A DNA stretch of 39,847 nt from an uncultured Puniceicoccaceae bacterium (GTDB taxonomy: Bacteria; Verrucomicrobiota; Verrucomicrobiia; Opitutales; CAZYUX01), in NCBI GenBank assembly GCA_964650745.1, contig CAZYUX010000002.1, positions 1 to 39,847 on the forward strand, written 5' to 3'. The position numbers and the translations under genes were made by a program. The notes beneath the pieces were generated by a model, which saw only the letters and a list, made by a program, of their open reading frames with translations, did not search any database and was not told where the DNA came from. Shown here piece after piece: positions 1 through 9,412 of this stretch (the stretch's first letter is position 1; each line of letters begins with the position of its first letter).

Positions 1-803
1 TTTTTCTTTTTAATTGGAAATGGCGCCCCGATTTCAACCGCGGGGCTTTCGTTTTCCGAGAATGTTGCCATGAGGATATCTCCGCCGGGACGGGGTAAAA
101 TGGATTTCACTTCCTCGTCGCCGGAATTGAAGAGAGCCCGTCCGCGGCCTTTTTCGGCGGCCCGGTAGAGGATGCCGCCGGGATTGCTTCCGGCCAGCAG
201 CCGCTCTTCGGTGTCCCACGCCAGGGCGGTCAAGTGGGTCTGGCCGCAGGAGAACCATATTTCCGGTTCGGCGCCCAGCTGGTAATCGGGGGGGAGGCGG
301 TAGATGCGGGCGCTGGCGCCCGTGGCCGCGAAAAGGTTGCCCCGCGAATCGAAGACCATGTCCCAGATGTATTTATCCTCGGCGTCGAAAAACACTTCGG
401 CGCGCCCGTCCGGAGTCAGCCGGTATATTCTGCCTGAGGGTGAAGCTCCCGCGTAGAGCCGCCCCTTCGAGTCCGCCGCCAGAGCCCGGACCAGGACTTC
501 ATCGGGGTCGAAGAAAACTTCCGTTTTCGCTTCGGCGGAGACGCGCAGGATTTTGCCTTGGCTGCCAGTGCCCAGGTAAAGGAGGCCATCGGGAGCGGCT
601 GCCGCGCACCATACAACCGGCTCGTCCAGCGCCGCGTATTCCGTCAGCGAGGGCGCCAGACGCAGCACGCCCAAATGGTCCAGCGAAAGGTTTTCCGTTG
701 TTCCTTCCTTGAGGGTTCCATAGCCGGACAAGGAAAAGGACCGGGTTTTCGCGCCGCGGGCGGCGCAGGCGGCCATGAGAATTATCAGGAGCGCTTTTTT
801 CAT
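1..803 (-). CDS. secreted beta-propeller-like repeat protein, 5' part only (the gene runs off the left edge of the window)
   Basis: Absent from the ORF track because no stop lies in the window. I checked every minus-strand codon from the ATG at 803-801 down to position 3 and found no stop. It reads MKKALLIILMAACAARGAKT (signal peptide), followed by recurring motifs: LYLGTGSQGKILRV, GRIYRL, ARIYRL, GILYRA. Its ATG lies 1 nt from the stop of the upstream gene 805..2592. Confidence 0.6.
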   Translation of the reverse strand, partial: MKKALLIILMAACAARGAKTRSFSLSGYGTLKEGTTENLSLDHLGVLRLAPSLTEYAALDEPVVWCAAAAPDGLLYLGTGSQGKILRVSAEAKTEVFFDPDEVLVRALAADSKGRLYAGASPSGRIYRLTPDGRAEVFFDAEDKYIWDMVFDSRGNLFAATGASARIYRLPPDYQLGAEPEIWFSCGQTHLTALAWDTEERLLAGSNPGGILYRAAEKGRGRALFNSGDEEVKSILPRPGGDILMATFSENESPAVEIGAPFPIKKK

Positions 804-804
804 G

Positions 805-2592
805 TTATTCCAACGTGAGTGAAAGCCGCGCGGCGCCTTCGAATATGCCGCCGGCGGGAATAACGGTTTCCCAGAGAGTCGTCTCGGCCAGGCGCCGCCG
901 GTTGCGGAGGTTGCGGGGGCTGGTGTAGTGCGAAAGAACGGATGGAGGCAGCTGAGGCAGGTCCGCTCCTTCAACCAGAAGCCGGGGCGCTTTTTTCATA
1001 AGCTTGATGTAAATGGCATCGGGCGGGCGGCGGCGGCGCCATTGTTCGACGATTCCGGCCAGGGAACCGACAGGCTGGTCCGCCAGGGCGTCCGTTTCGC
1101 CGGCGGTGGCGGCGTCGGCCACTAAAATGGTGACTTCGTCTCCTTTGACAAGGGTTTCGGGCAGCGGAATCCGCACCCGCCGCGTGGTGGTTTTATCCTG
1201 GTAATGACGGAGGGCCAGGACGATTTCCGCGGTTTCGCCGGGGCGGGACCTCGGCGATTCGAGGCGGGCTTCCGCCAGCGCGCTCAATTGCCATTCGTGC
1301 CGCCTTTCGACCGTGAGGCGGATGCGGGTGACGCGGGGGCGGGCGAAAGGGTTGTCCGTGAGATCCAGCAGGTTTTCGTAAAAAGCGTGGGCTGCCGCGA
1401 TGGCTTCCGCCGGCCCCGCCGCGGTGTGGCGGACGGGAAGGGGTTCAAAACCTTCCACTTCCACCGCTCCGTCCACGAAAAAGGTTTGGCGTTCTCCAGC
1501 TTCCATGGTGGCCAGAAGGGTTTCGAGAAGAGCCATGCCGGCGAAGAGCGGGGAAATGCGGGGATGCTCGAAGAGCTCGCCCCGGTAGGTGCGGTTGTCT
1601 CCAGTAGCGGAAGTTGTGCGGATGGCGATCTCCGTCATGGGCGGGGAGCGGCCGACTTTGCCGCCGACAGCGGTCAGGCGGTCCTGGTAAAACCCGCCCG
1701 CCACCGGCCCGATGTTGGACAGCTTGAAAGAGAGGTTGAGCGCGCGCACGATGGTGACGATTTCCGCTCCGGCCATGGGGATGGCCACTTGGCCGTGCTG
1801 GAAAAGAGCATGGCCAAAAGCCAGCAGGGAGTCGCCCTCCCGGCAGGTCACGGTGCCGGTGGCGGCCACCGTGAAATCTCCGGTCATGAGAACGGCGGCC
1901 ACGGGGGCGCCGGGGGACAGATCAAACGTTTTTCCCGGGGCGGCGGTTCCCCCCGGCCCCTGGAGCAGGCTCAGCCCGAGCCGGCCGGTTTCCGGCTGAA
2001 ACGCCCGCCGCGTCTCATCTGAAAAGCCGGAAGCTATCAAGGGCGCGGGCAAAGGCTTGAGCAGGGGCTCGATTTGAGAGAGCCGCGGACCGCCGGCGGT
2101 CACCGCCCAGCCCCCTTCAGGCGGCTTTTTGCCAAACGGGCGTGCGCGCCGTGCCAGAGGGCGCTGGCCGGGAGGCTCGATGGGGTAATGGCGCAGCAGT
2201 TCAAGCATGTGTTCGATAGGCTGAACGCCTATGATGGTTTGTTCCTTGGCCCAGGCGAAGCCATAGGCATAAGCGCCCGCCAGCCGGCCGCCGAGGTAAA
2301 CAGGGCTGCCGCTCATGCCGCCGACGGGTCCGTTGCGGATGCTCTCCTGATCGAGCGCCCGGCAAATGATGACCGCCTGCCGCGGCCCTGCGAAGTTCTC
2401 CACGATCCCCAGCACTTCGAGGTCAAAAGACGTGATTTCAGTGCCTTTGACGGCGGTTTTCCAGACCCCTTTCATGCCCGGGCGGATTTCCTCCAATGGG
2501 ATGATTTCCGGCGGTTTCCGGGCGGCGGCGCCCCATGCCGCCCATCCGCCGAAAAACAATAACGGCAAAATCTGAAACAAACGCTGAATCAT
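805..2592 (-). CDS. secreted serine peptidase, S55 (SpoIVB-like) family
   Basis: 595-aa ORF with a hydrophobic N-terminus (LFQILPLLFFGGWAAWGAAA). The motif GPVGGMSGSPVYLGGRLAGAYAYGF matches the GMSGSP(I/V)..G.L.GA serine motif of SpoIVB-type peptidases. The family call is from memory of that motif. Confidence 0.65.
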   Translation of the reverse strand: MIQRLFQILPLLFFGGWAAWGAAARKPPEIIPLEEIRPGMKGVWKTAVKGTEITSFDLEVLGIVENFAGPRQAVIICRALDQESIRNGPVGGMSGSPVYLGGRLAGAYAYGFAWAKEQTIIGVQPIEHMLELLRHYPIEPPGQRPLARRARPFGKKPPEGGWAVTAGGPRLSQIEPLLKPLPAPLIASGFSDETRRAFQPETGRLGLSLLQGPGGTAAPGKTFDLSPGAPVAAVLMTGDFTVAATGTVTCREGDSLLAFGHALFQHGQVAIPMAGAEIVTIVRALNLSFKLSNIGPVAGGFYQDRLTAVGGKVGRSPPMTEIAIRTTSATGDNRTYRGELFEHPRISPLFAGMALLETLLATMEAGERQTFFVDGAVEVEGFEPLPVRHTAAGPAEAIAAAHAFYENLLDLTDNPFARPRVTRIRLTVERRHEWQLSALAEARLESPRSRPGETAEIVLALRHYQDKTTTRRVRIPLPETLVKGDEVTILVADAATAGETDALADQPVGSLAGIVEQWRRRRPPDAIYIKLMKKAPRLLVEGADLPQLPPSVLSHYTSPRNLRNRRRLAETTLWETVIPAGGIFEGAARLSLTLE

Positions 2593-2842
2593 TTCATTGC
2601 GCTGAACGCGAAGCCGAAAAAATGTTCACCAAGGGAAAGGTATGAGAATCTTTCCGCAAAGCGCAAGCGCGGAACCCGTCCGCCAGCCCGCGCTCATATC
2701 CGCCGCGTCCGGTCTTTCCGGAAAGCATTTTGCGGCCCCCGCGGGATTGAGGGAATTTGGGCTTTGACATTCGGAATCTAAAACATAACAAGCATCCCGC
2801 CGTTAACGGTAATATAACGGCGCAGTTTTTATCTTTCCCGGC

Positions 2843-4108
2843 ATGGCGAAAAACATCGGTTTCGTGTCCACCCGGTTCGCGGGCACCGACGGCGTTTCCC
2901 TCGAAAGCGCCAAGTGGGCGGAGGCGCTGTGGGACGACCGGCATGTCAGCTACTGGTACAGCGGGCGCAGCGACCGGCACCCCGGCATCAGCTATTGCGT
3001 GCCCGAGGCTTATTTCGGATATTCCGAGAACATGTGGCTGAACCGGCGGATATGGGGCCGCACCCGCCGCCCGCCGCTCGCCACCGAGCGCATCAAGGAT
3101 CTGGCGCAATACCTCAAGCGCACCCTTTACGATTTCGCGGAAAAACATCACATAGATGTCGTGGTGGCGGAAAACGCCCTGACGATTCCCATGCACGTGC
3201 CCCTGGCCGTTGCCCTGACGGAGTTCCTCGCCGAAACACAGATGCCCGCCATCGCCCATCACCACGACTTTTACTGGGAGCGAACGCGCTTCAGCATCGG
3301 AGCGGTGCAGGATTACCTCGACATGGCGTTCCCGCCGCGGCTGCCCAACATGCGTCACACGGTCATCAACCGGGCGGCGCAGGAACAGCTCTCCCTGCGC
3401 AAGGGAGTGGGCGCCAACCTCATTCCCAACGTGTTCAACTTCGACCGGCCCGCGCCTGCGCCGGACCATTATTCCCACGACGTGCGGGAACAAATCGGCT
3501 TGGCGCCGGACGACATCTTCATCCTCCAGCCCACGCGGATCGTTCCCCGCAAGGGGATCGAGCATGCCGTGCAGCTGGTCGGTATGCTGGCCCAGGGGGA
3601 TCCCCGCTACAAGCTGGTCATCTCCCACGAGGCGGGGGACGAGGGTTACGAATACATGCGGATGATCGAAGAAATGGCCCGGGAAGAAAAAGTGGACCTG
3701 CGTTTTATCTCATCGCGCATCGGTGAGGTGCGGCAGTACGATTCGCGGGGGCGCAAGATCTACACTCTGTGGGACCTGTATCCCCATGCCGATCTTGTCA
3801 CTTACCCGAGCAGTTACGAGGGTTTCGGCAACGCCCTCGTCGAGGCCATTTATTTCAAGCTCCCGGTGGTGGTCAACCGTTACAGCACCTTCGTCCAGGA
3901 TATCGAGCCTCGAGGTTTCCGGCTGATCGTGATTGACGGATTCGTCACTTATGAAGTGATCGAGCTGACCCGGCGCGTTCTCGAGGACCCGGCTTGCCGG
4001 GAAGAAATGGTGGAGCACAACTACAAGATCGCCCGCAATTTTTACAGTTACAATGTCCTGCGCCGAAGTTTGCGCTCGATTCTTAACAGCCTGAATGTCT
4101 GGGTCTGA
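2843..4108 (+). CDS. GT4-type (GT-B) glycosyltransferase, possibly a glucosylglycerate-type compatible-solute synthase
   Basis: 421-aa ORF. The N-terminus is IGFVSTRFAGTDGVSLESAKWAE, and the C-terminal EX7E-like region is YPSSYEGFGNALVEAIYFKLPVVV. Its stop overlaps the ATG of the next gene by 1 nt (TGATG). Confidence 0.8.
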   Translation: MAKNIGFVSTRFAGTDGVSLESAKWAEALWDDRHVSYWYSGRSDRHPGISYCVPEAYFGYSENMWLNRRIWGRTRRPPLATERIKDLAQYLKRTLYDFAEKHHIDVVVAENALTIPMHVPLAVALTEFLAETQMPAIAHHHDFYWERTRFSIGAVQDYLDMAFPPRLPNMRHTVINRAAQEQLSLRKGVGANLIPNVFNFDRPAPAPDHYSHDVREQIGLAPDDIFILQPTRIVPRKGIEHAVQLVGMLAQGDPRYKLVISHEAGDEGYEYMRMIEEMAREEKVDLRFISSRIGEVRQYDSRGRKIYTLWDLYPHADLVTYPSSYEGFGNALVEAIYFKLPVVVNRYSTFVQDIEPRGFRLIVIDGFVTYEVIELTRRVLEDPACREEMVEHNYKIARNFYSYNVLRRSLRSILNSLNVWV

Positions 4109-5850
4109 TGAAAATTATCCGCCAAACCCGCGTGGACCGCATCCGCCGCCGCCTCAAACGCCTTTACGGAGACCGGGCGGGGCTGCTGATGGAGCGCTTT
4201 TACATGATGATTGGCCGCTACGGCGTCGGTCTCAAGTCTCCCCGCCACCGCCGGCTGTGGTCCGAAAAAGACGCCGTGCTGATCACCTACGCGGACATGG
4301 TGCGGGCCGAAAATGAGAAGCCGCTGAAAGTCCTGCGGCGCTTTCTCAACACCCATTGCTCCGGCGCCTTCAGCGCCCTCCATATCCTGCCCTTTTTCCC
4401 CTGGTCATCCGATGACGGTTTTTCCGTCATTGACTACCGTGAAGTGAACCCGGCTTACGGATCATGGGAGGACGTGGAGGCCCTGGGAGAGGACTTCAGC
4501 CTGATGTTCGATCTGGTTCTCAACCATTGCTCGGCGCAAAGCGAATGGTTCCGCGACTTTGTGACGGGCATCGCCCCGGCCCGGTTCTATTTTATTCCGC
4601 TGGAACCTGAAACCGATCTCGCGCAAGTGACGCGGCCGAGGGCTTCGCCGCTGTTGACCAAAACCCAAACCCGGGACGGCGAAGCGTGGGTGTGGACGAC
4701 CTTCAGCGCCGACCAGGCGGACCTGAACTGGAAGAACCCCGACGTCCTGTTCGAATTTCTGGACATCCTGTTTCTCTACCTCTCGAAAGGCGCGCGCATT
4801 TTGCGCCTGGACGCCATCGCCTACTTGTGGAAGAACATAGGGACCAACTGCATCCACCAGCCGGAGTGCCATCAGGTTGTCCGGCTTTTCCGCGATGTTC
4901 TGGAAATCGTCGCCCCTTACACCCTTCTGCTGACCGAAACCAACGTTCCTCACAAGGAGAACATCAGCTATTTCGGCGACGGCAACGAGGCTCATATGGT
5001 GTATAATTTCACACTGCCGCCGCTGCTGCTCTACAGCTTGCTGCGGGGTGACGGCTCGGCGCTGACGGCCTGGGCCGGCAGCCTCGCTCCCCCCAAAAAA
5101 GGATGCGCTTTTTTGAACTTTACCGCCTCGCATGACGGTGTCGGCGTGCGGCCGCTTCAAAGCATCATCCCCTCCGAAGAAATAGACTGGCTGGCTGAAC
5201 AGACGCGGAAAAGAGGCGGGCGGGTGTCCATGAAGACCGACCCCGGCGGCTTGCAAAGCCCCTACGAGCTCAACATAACTTACTTCGATGCCCTTGGGGA
5301 TCCGGATCATCCCGAACTGGGGACGGCCCGTTTTCTGTGTTCACAGGCCATCATGCTGGCCCTGCAAGGCATCCCGGCGGTTTATTTCCATAGCCTGACC
5401 GCCACTCCCAACTGGGAGGAAGGCGTCCGCCACACCGGCCAAAACCGGGCCATCAACCGCCGCAAGTGGGAAAAAGAAGAGATCGAAACGTTGCTCAAAG
5501 ACAAAAATTCGGTTCCGGCCCGGATTTTTTCCGCCTGCTTGAGGATGCTCCGCCGCCGGGCAAAGCATCCCGCTTTCCATCCCGACGGGGCGCAGCAGGT
5601 TTACGATATCGGGCCGGAATTCTTCTGCTTCACCCGCACCTCGCCGGATGGGGAGGAAACCATCCTCTGCCTCTGCAACCTTACCGCTTCGGAACGCACC
5701 ATCCGCCGTTTTCCGGATATTCCCATGCTCCGGAAGGCCAAAGGCCTTTACGGTGTCATCAGCGCCAAAATCATCAGCGGCAACGTCAACAGCCTTACCC
5801 TTGCCCCCTATCAGGCCGTCTGGCTCCTGCCCATCAAAAAGCAGGGCTGA
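4108..5850 (+). CDS. GH13_18 sucrose-phosphorylase-family sugar phosphorylase
   Basis: 580-aa ORF with family hallmarks: LHILPFFPWSSDDGFSVIDYREVNP, DLVLNHCS, ILRLDAIAYLWK, LLTETNVPH and FTASHDGVGVRP. Confidence 0.85.
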   Translation: MKIIRQTRVDRIRRRLKRLYGDRAGLLMERFYMMIGRYGVGLKSPRHRRLWSEKDAVLITYADMVRAENEKPLKVLRRFLNTHCSGAFSALHILPFFPWSSDDGFSVIDYREVNPAYGSWEDVEALGEDFSLMFDLVLNHCSAQSEWFRDFVTGIAPARFYFIPLEPETDLAQVTRPRASPLLTKTQTRDGEAWVWTTFSADQADLNWKNPDVLFEFLDILFLYLSKGARILRLDAIAYLWKNIGTNCIHQPECHQVVRLFRDVLEIVAPYTLLLTETNVPHKENISYFGDGNEAHMVYNFTLPPLLLYSLLRGDGSALTAWAGSLAPPKKGCAFLNFTASHDGVGVRPLQSIIPSEEIDWLAEQTRKRGGRVSMKTDPGGLQSPYELNITYFDALGDPDHPELGTARFLCSQAIMLALQGIPAVYFHSLTATPNWEEGVRHTGQNRAINRRKWEKEEIETLLKDKNSVPARIFSACLRMLRRRAKHPAFHPDGAQQVYDIGPEFFCFTRTSPDGEETILCLCNLTASERTIRRFPDIPMLRKAKGLYGVISAKIISGNVNSLTLAPYQAVWLLPIKKQG

Positions 5851-5852
5851 TT

Positions 5853-6104
5853 TTAATTGGCGGCCGCGCTTACCGACACCCGGCGCCGGGCCGCGTCCCA
5901 CTCGACGGTCCCGTCCGCCAGCGCGAAAAGGGTGAAATCCCGGCCCATGCCCACATTGTCGCCGGGCCGGAAACGCGTCCCCCGCTGGCGCAAGAGGATG
6001 TTGCCGGCGCGGGCTTTCTGGCCTCCGTACATCTTGACGCCGAGGCGCTGGCTGTTGCTGTCACGCCCGTTTTTGCTGGTGCCTTGTCCTTTTTTATGAG
6101 CCAT
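5853..6104 (-). CDS. rpmA: 50S ribosomal protein L27
   Basis: [61 protein letters not shown] is a canonical L27 sequence. Confidence 0.95.
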   Translation of the reverse strand: MAHKKGQGTSKNGRDSNSQRLGVKMYGGQKARAGNILLRQRGTRFRPGDNVGMGRDFTLFALADGTVEWDAARRRVSVSAAAN

Positions 6105-6105
6105 T

Positions 6106-6429
6106 TCAGGCGCCCTCCGCGGTGATGGTTTTAATTTTGATGACGGACAATTCCTGCCGGTGCCCCTGAGTGCGGCGGTAGCCTTTGCGCCGCTTCTTCT
6201 TGAAGACCCGGATTTTCCGCCCGCGCTTGTTTTCCAGGATCTCGGCCTCGACGGCGGCCCCGGCCACCCAGGGAACGCCGAAACGGACCGACTCGCCCTC
6301 GCCGACCATCATGACTTCCTTGATCGTCAGGTTGTCTCCCGGTTTGGAATCGCGGAAGCGGTTCACCTCCAGCACGTCCCCCTCCCGCACGGTGAACTGC
6401 CGGCCTTGCGTCTGTATCGTCGCTTTCAT
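6106..6429 (-). CDS. rplU: 50S ribosomal protein L21
   Basis: Internal start [24 protein letters not shown]... inside track ORF 6106..6519, with cat at 6427-6429. At 107 aa the length fits L21, and it sits directly upstream of rpmA. Confidence 0.9.
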   Translation of the reverse strand: MKATIQTQGRQFTVREGDVLEVNRFRDSKPGDNLTIKEVMMVGEGESVRFGVPWVAGAAVEAEILENKRGRKIRVFKKKRRKGYRRTQGHRQELSVIKIKTITAEGA

Positions 6430-6588
6430 AGTAAAAGAAGCTGCCAGCAAAACATCCCGGAATTCAAAACGCAAGTCCTTTTCACCGCTCCCGCGCCGGC
6501 ATTTTTTTGCTCCTTGCACACCGGGGAAATATCAGCCAGCATCCGCCCTCCCGCTAAAATCAGACCTTCATCATTAATTCTCAACGGC

Positions 6589-8046
6589 ATGGCGCTCCGC
6601 CTTTACAACACTTTAAGCCGCGGGATACAACCGCTTCAGCCGGCGGCCGGGAAACCCCTCGGGATGTATTGCTGCGGGCCGACGGTTTACGGGCCGGCGC
6701 ATATCGGCAACTTCCGAACGTTCCTGCTCCAGGACGTCCTGCGGCGGGTCCTCGAGGTCTCCGGCGTGAAGGTCAAGCACGTGCGCAACATCACGGACGT
6801 GGACGACAAGACCATCCGCCAGTCCCAGGCCGGGGGTCTGCCGCTGAAGGAATTCACGCGGAAGTGGGAGAAAAAGTTCCGCGAAGACTGCGCGGCGTTG
6901 AACATGCTCGAGCCGCACATCGAGCCGCGCGCCACGGAACACATCGAAGAACAGACCGGGCTGGTGAAAAAACTCCTCGAAAACGGCAGGGCCTACCAGG
7001 GGCCGGACGGCTCGGTTTATTATAAAGTCAGCGCTTTCGAAAATTACGGAAAGCTCTCCAACCTCGACCGCGCGGCGTTGCGAACCCAAGCCGTGACCAG
7101 CGGCGAAGCCGCCAACCTCGCCGACGAATACGGCCGCGAGTCAGTGGCGGACTTCGCCCTGTGGAAAGCCCGCAAGCCGGAAGACGGTGATAATTACTGG
7201 CCCAGCCCCTGGGGCGAGGGCCGGCCCGGCTGGCACATCGAATGCTCCGCCATGAGCCAAAAATACCTCGGCGAGAATTTCGACCTGCACGGGGGGGGAG
7301 TGGACCTGTCTTTCCCCCATCACGAAAACGAAATCGCCCAAAGCGAAGGAGCCACCGGCCAGCCCTTCTGCCGCCACTGGTTCCACTGCGCCCACCTCAT
7401 GGTCGAAGGGCAAAAAATGAGCAAGAGCCTGGGCAACCTCTACACGCTCGGCGACATCCGCGCCCGCGGTTTCTCCCCGATGGCCCTGCGCTACGCCCTC
7501 CTCTCCGGCCACTACCGCCAGCCCCTCAACTTCACATGGAACGGCATGAAGGCCGCGCAAAGCGCCTTGCGAAAGCTGGAGAAAGCGGCCTGCATATTAT
7601 TAAAAAGAGCAGGGCTGGCTCCTGATGATTTTCACACTTATTGGCGGCAAGGCGGTTCTATTGACTGGAAACCCGCATGGGGCGCTTATTCCTTTCACTT
7701 GGCGGGAGAAGAGTTAGAGGATGATTTAAACATACCGGCCGGCTTGGGATTGCTTTTTGAACAATTCAACAATGAAGATCCGGCTGTTTGCCCAACAGAC
7801 AAAGAACTTGAAAGGGAGTTAATGTATTTTAGCGCCGTAATATATGCTTTGGGGCTGAAGCTCTTCACCCATGAGAAGAAACCGATGGAAGCTCCGAAGG
7901 AAGTAAAGACGCTGGCCAAGGAGCGTCAGGCGGCGCGGCAAGCCAGGGACTGGGCCGGGGCCGACGCCCTGCGCGATGAGATCAAAGCCAAAGGCTGGAA
8001 AATCATGGACCGCAAAGACGGCGCATTTGACCTGGAACCGCTGTAA
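6589..8046 (+). CDS. cysS: cysteine--tRNA ligase
   Basis: The start [10 protein letters not shown] (ATG 6589) is in frame with track ORF 6160..8046. It has the HIGN motif ([10 protein letters not shown]), KMSKS, and [17 protein letters not shown]. Confidence 0.95.
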   Translation: MALRLYNTLSRGIQPLQPAAGKPLGMYCCGPTVYGPAHIGNFRTFLLQDVLRRVLEVSGVKVKHVRNITDVDDKTIRQSQAGGLPLKEFTRKWEKKFREDCAALNMLEPHIEPRATEHIEEQTGLVKKLLENGRAYQGPDGSVYYKVSAFENYGKLSNLDRAALRTQAVTSGEAANLADEYGRESVADFALWKARKPEDGDNYWPSPWGEGRPGWHIECSAMSQKYLGENFDLHGGGVDLSFPHHENEIAQSEGATGQPFCRHWFHCAHLMVEGQKMSKSLGNLYTLGDIRARGFSPMALRYALLSGHYRQPLNFTWNGMKAAQSALRKLEKAACILLKRAGLAPDDFHTYWRQGGSIDWKPAWGAYSFHLAGEELEDDLNIPAGLGLLFEQFNNEDPAVCPTDKELERELMYFSAVIYALGLKLFTHEKKPMEAPKEVKTLAKERQAARQARDWAGADALRDEIKAKGWKIMDRKDGAFDLEPL

Positions 8047-8105
8047 CGCGGATTCGCCAAATTCCATGCGGCAAAAGGCATCCCGGCTGACCGGCGCTGC
8101 GCTGG

Positions 8106-8798
8106 CTAACATTTCAAGGCGCGGCACAGGGCGGCGCGGGCGAGGAGGCGGGTTGAATCGAGGACGGGCAGGGGGCAATCCTCCGGATCCACGATGAGGG
8201 GAATCTCCGTGCAGCCGAGGACGGCGGCGTCGCACCCGCACACTTTCATTTCCCTAATAACCCGGTTGAAATATTGCCGGGTTTCCTCTTTGAAAACAGC
8301 GTTGACCAGCTCATCGAAGATGAACGCATCAATGCGGCTGCGCTGTTCTTCGCCGGGGATTTTCCATGCCAGTCCGTATTTTTTCAAAGCATCGGGATAG
8401 ACCGGACCGGTCATGAGATACTTGGTGCCGAGGATGCCCAGACGGGTGTATCCGCGCCTTTGGGCTTCTTCCGCAACCGTTTCGGCGATGTGCAGCCAGG
8501 GAACAGGAGATTGCTTCGCCACGAGCGCAAACGCCTGGTGGATGGTGTTGTCCGGACAGACGGCGAAGTCCGCCCCTGCCCTGGCCACGATACGCGCCGA
8601 GGAGAGCATCAGCGCCGCCACATCCTCCCAGTTTCCCGCTTTGACAGGCGGCATATAATCGGCCAGGGGATGCGTGTGAAGGGAAATTTGCGGGTGGCGG
8701 TGTTCTCCCATCAATGCGGGCGCTTCCACGCAGATCGTGCGGTAGCAAAGGGCCGCCCCCTCCGCGCTGCATGCCACGATGCCAATGTGCAGGGACAT
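8106..8798 (-). CDS. aspartate/glutamate racemase family protein
   Basis: 230-aa ORF with IGIVACSAEGAALCY near the N-terminus and the second catalytic-Cys motif AVLGCTEIPLIV. Confidence 0.8.
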   Translation of the reverse strand: MSLHIGIVACSAEGAALCYRTICVEAPALMGEHRHPQISLHTHPLADYMPPVKAGNWEDVAALMLSSARIVARAGADFAVCPDNTIHQAFALVAKQSPVPWLHIAETVAEEAQRRGYTRLGILGTKYLMTGPVYPDALKKYGLAWKIPGEEQRSRIDAFIFDELVNAVFKEETRQYFNRVIREMKVCGCDAAVLGCTEIPLIVDPEDCPLPVLDSTRLLARAALCRALKC

Positions 8799-8925
8799 TT
8801 TTAGGGCGCACCCATAAATCAGGCTGCGGGGGGATACAAGGTTTTTTGGAGCTGATTCGAGCGGGCGGCGGACTGGCTGCGGGCGGGGGAAACAGGCTGG
8901 CGCGGCGGTTTCGCGGCTTTCCGCT

Positions 8926-9258
8926 TCATCCGATAAGTTTGTGTTTGGCTTCGTGGAGGGAGTAGAGTTTGAGGCGGAGGAAGTCGTCGTCGCGGTGACC
9001 GCAGGCTTGGTTTAACAGGGTGCGGATTTTGCGGTTGATGGTGATGGCCTTTTCTTCCCGGTTTTGGGCTTGGCGCGCCAGATCCCAAAGCAAATCGTCC
9101 AGCGTCTCGTTCATCTTCTTGATGACGCGGAAGCGGTCGAACACCAGGCAGGCTCCCGGCAGAAGGCATGATAGAGCAAACTCTTTGACATGCCCTTTTC
9201 TGCCCGGCATTCCAACGGCCCGGCAATCCTTTGCTATTTCACATACTGCTCCAAACAT
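8926..9258 (-). pseudogene. ISL3-family transposase remnant (5'-truncated and internally deleted)
   Basis: LVFDRFRVIKKMNETLDDL resembles the ISL3 (V/I)xDRFH(V/I)xK motif. The C-terminus INRKIRTLLNQACGHRDDDFLRLKLYSLHEAKHKLIG resembles the ISL3 C-terminus (NNKIKT..R.AYGFRD.EFF.LKI..HE..Y). Only 110 aa are present where about 400 are expected. Confidence 0.6.
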
Positions 9259-9412
9259 GCTTACCCCAAATTCCTTGTCCCTGCCCCCTCACACACAAAC
9301 TTCCCGGATGACCCAATATTTTTAGTGATAGGCAATTGCTTTTTCAGGGGGCGGGTATGGCGCGGCTCACTTGGGCACGTGTCGACTCGATTGTTGGGCA
9401 ATTCCAATCGTT

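Noticed and set aside
2594-3628. A 344-aa minus-strand ORF spanning the intergenic region and the 5' half of the GT4 gene. Similar shadow ORFs occur at 1204..2022, 13376..14026, 19082..19927, 32251..33084 and 33936..34754.
   Set aside because: Each overlaps a well-supported gene on the opposite strand and has an Arg/Gly/Ala-rich, domain-free translation.
6160-6588. A long N-terminal extension of the cysS ORF; the track ORF starts at 6160.
   Set aside because: The extension overlaps rplU on the opposite strand and has no CysRS similarity. The CysRS homology begins at [10 protein letters not shown] (6589).
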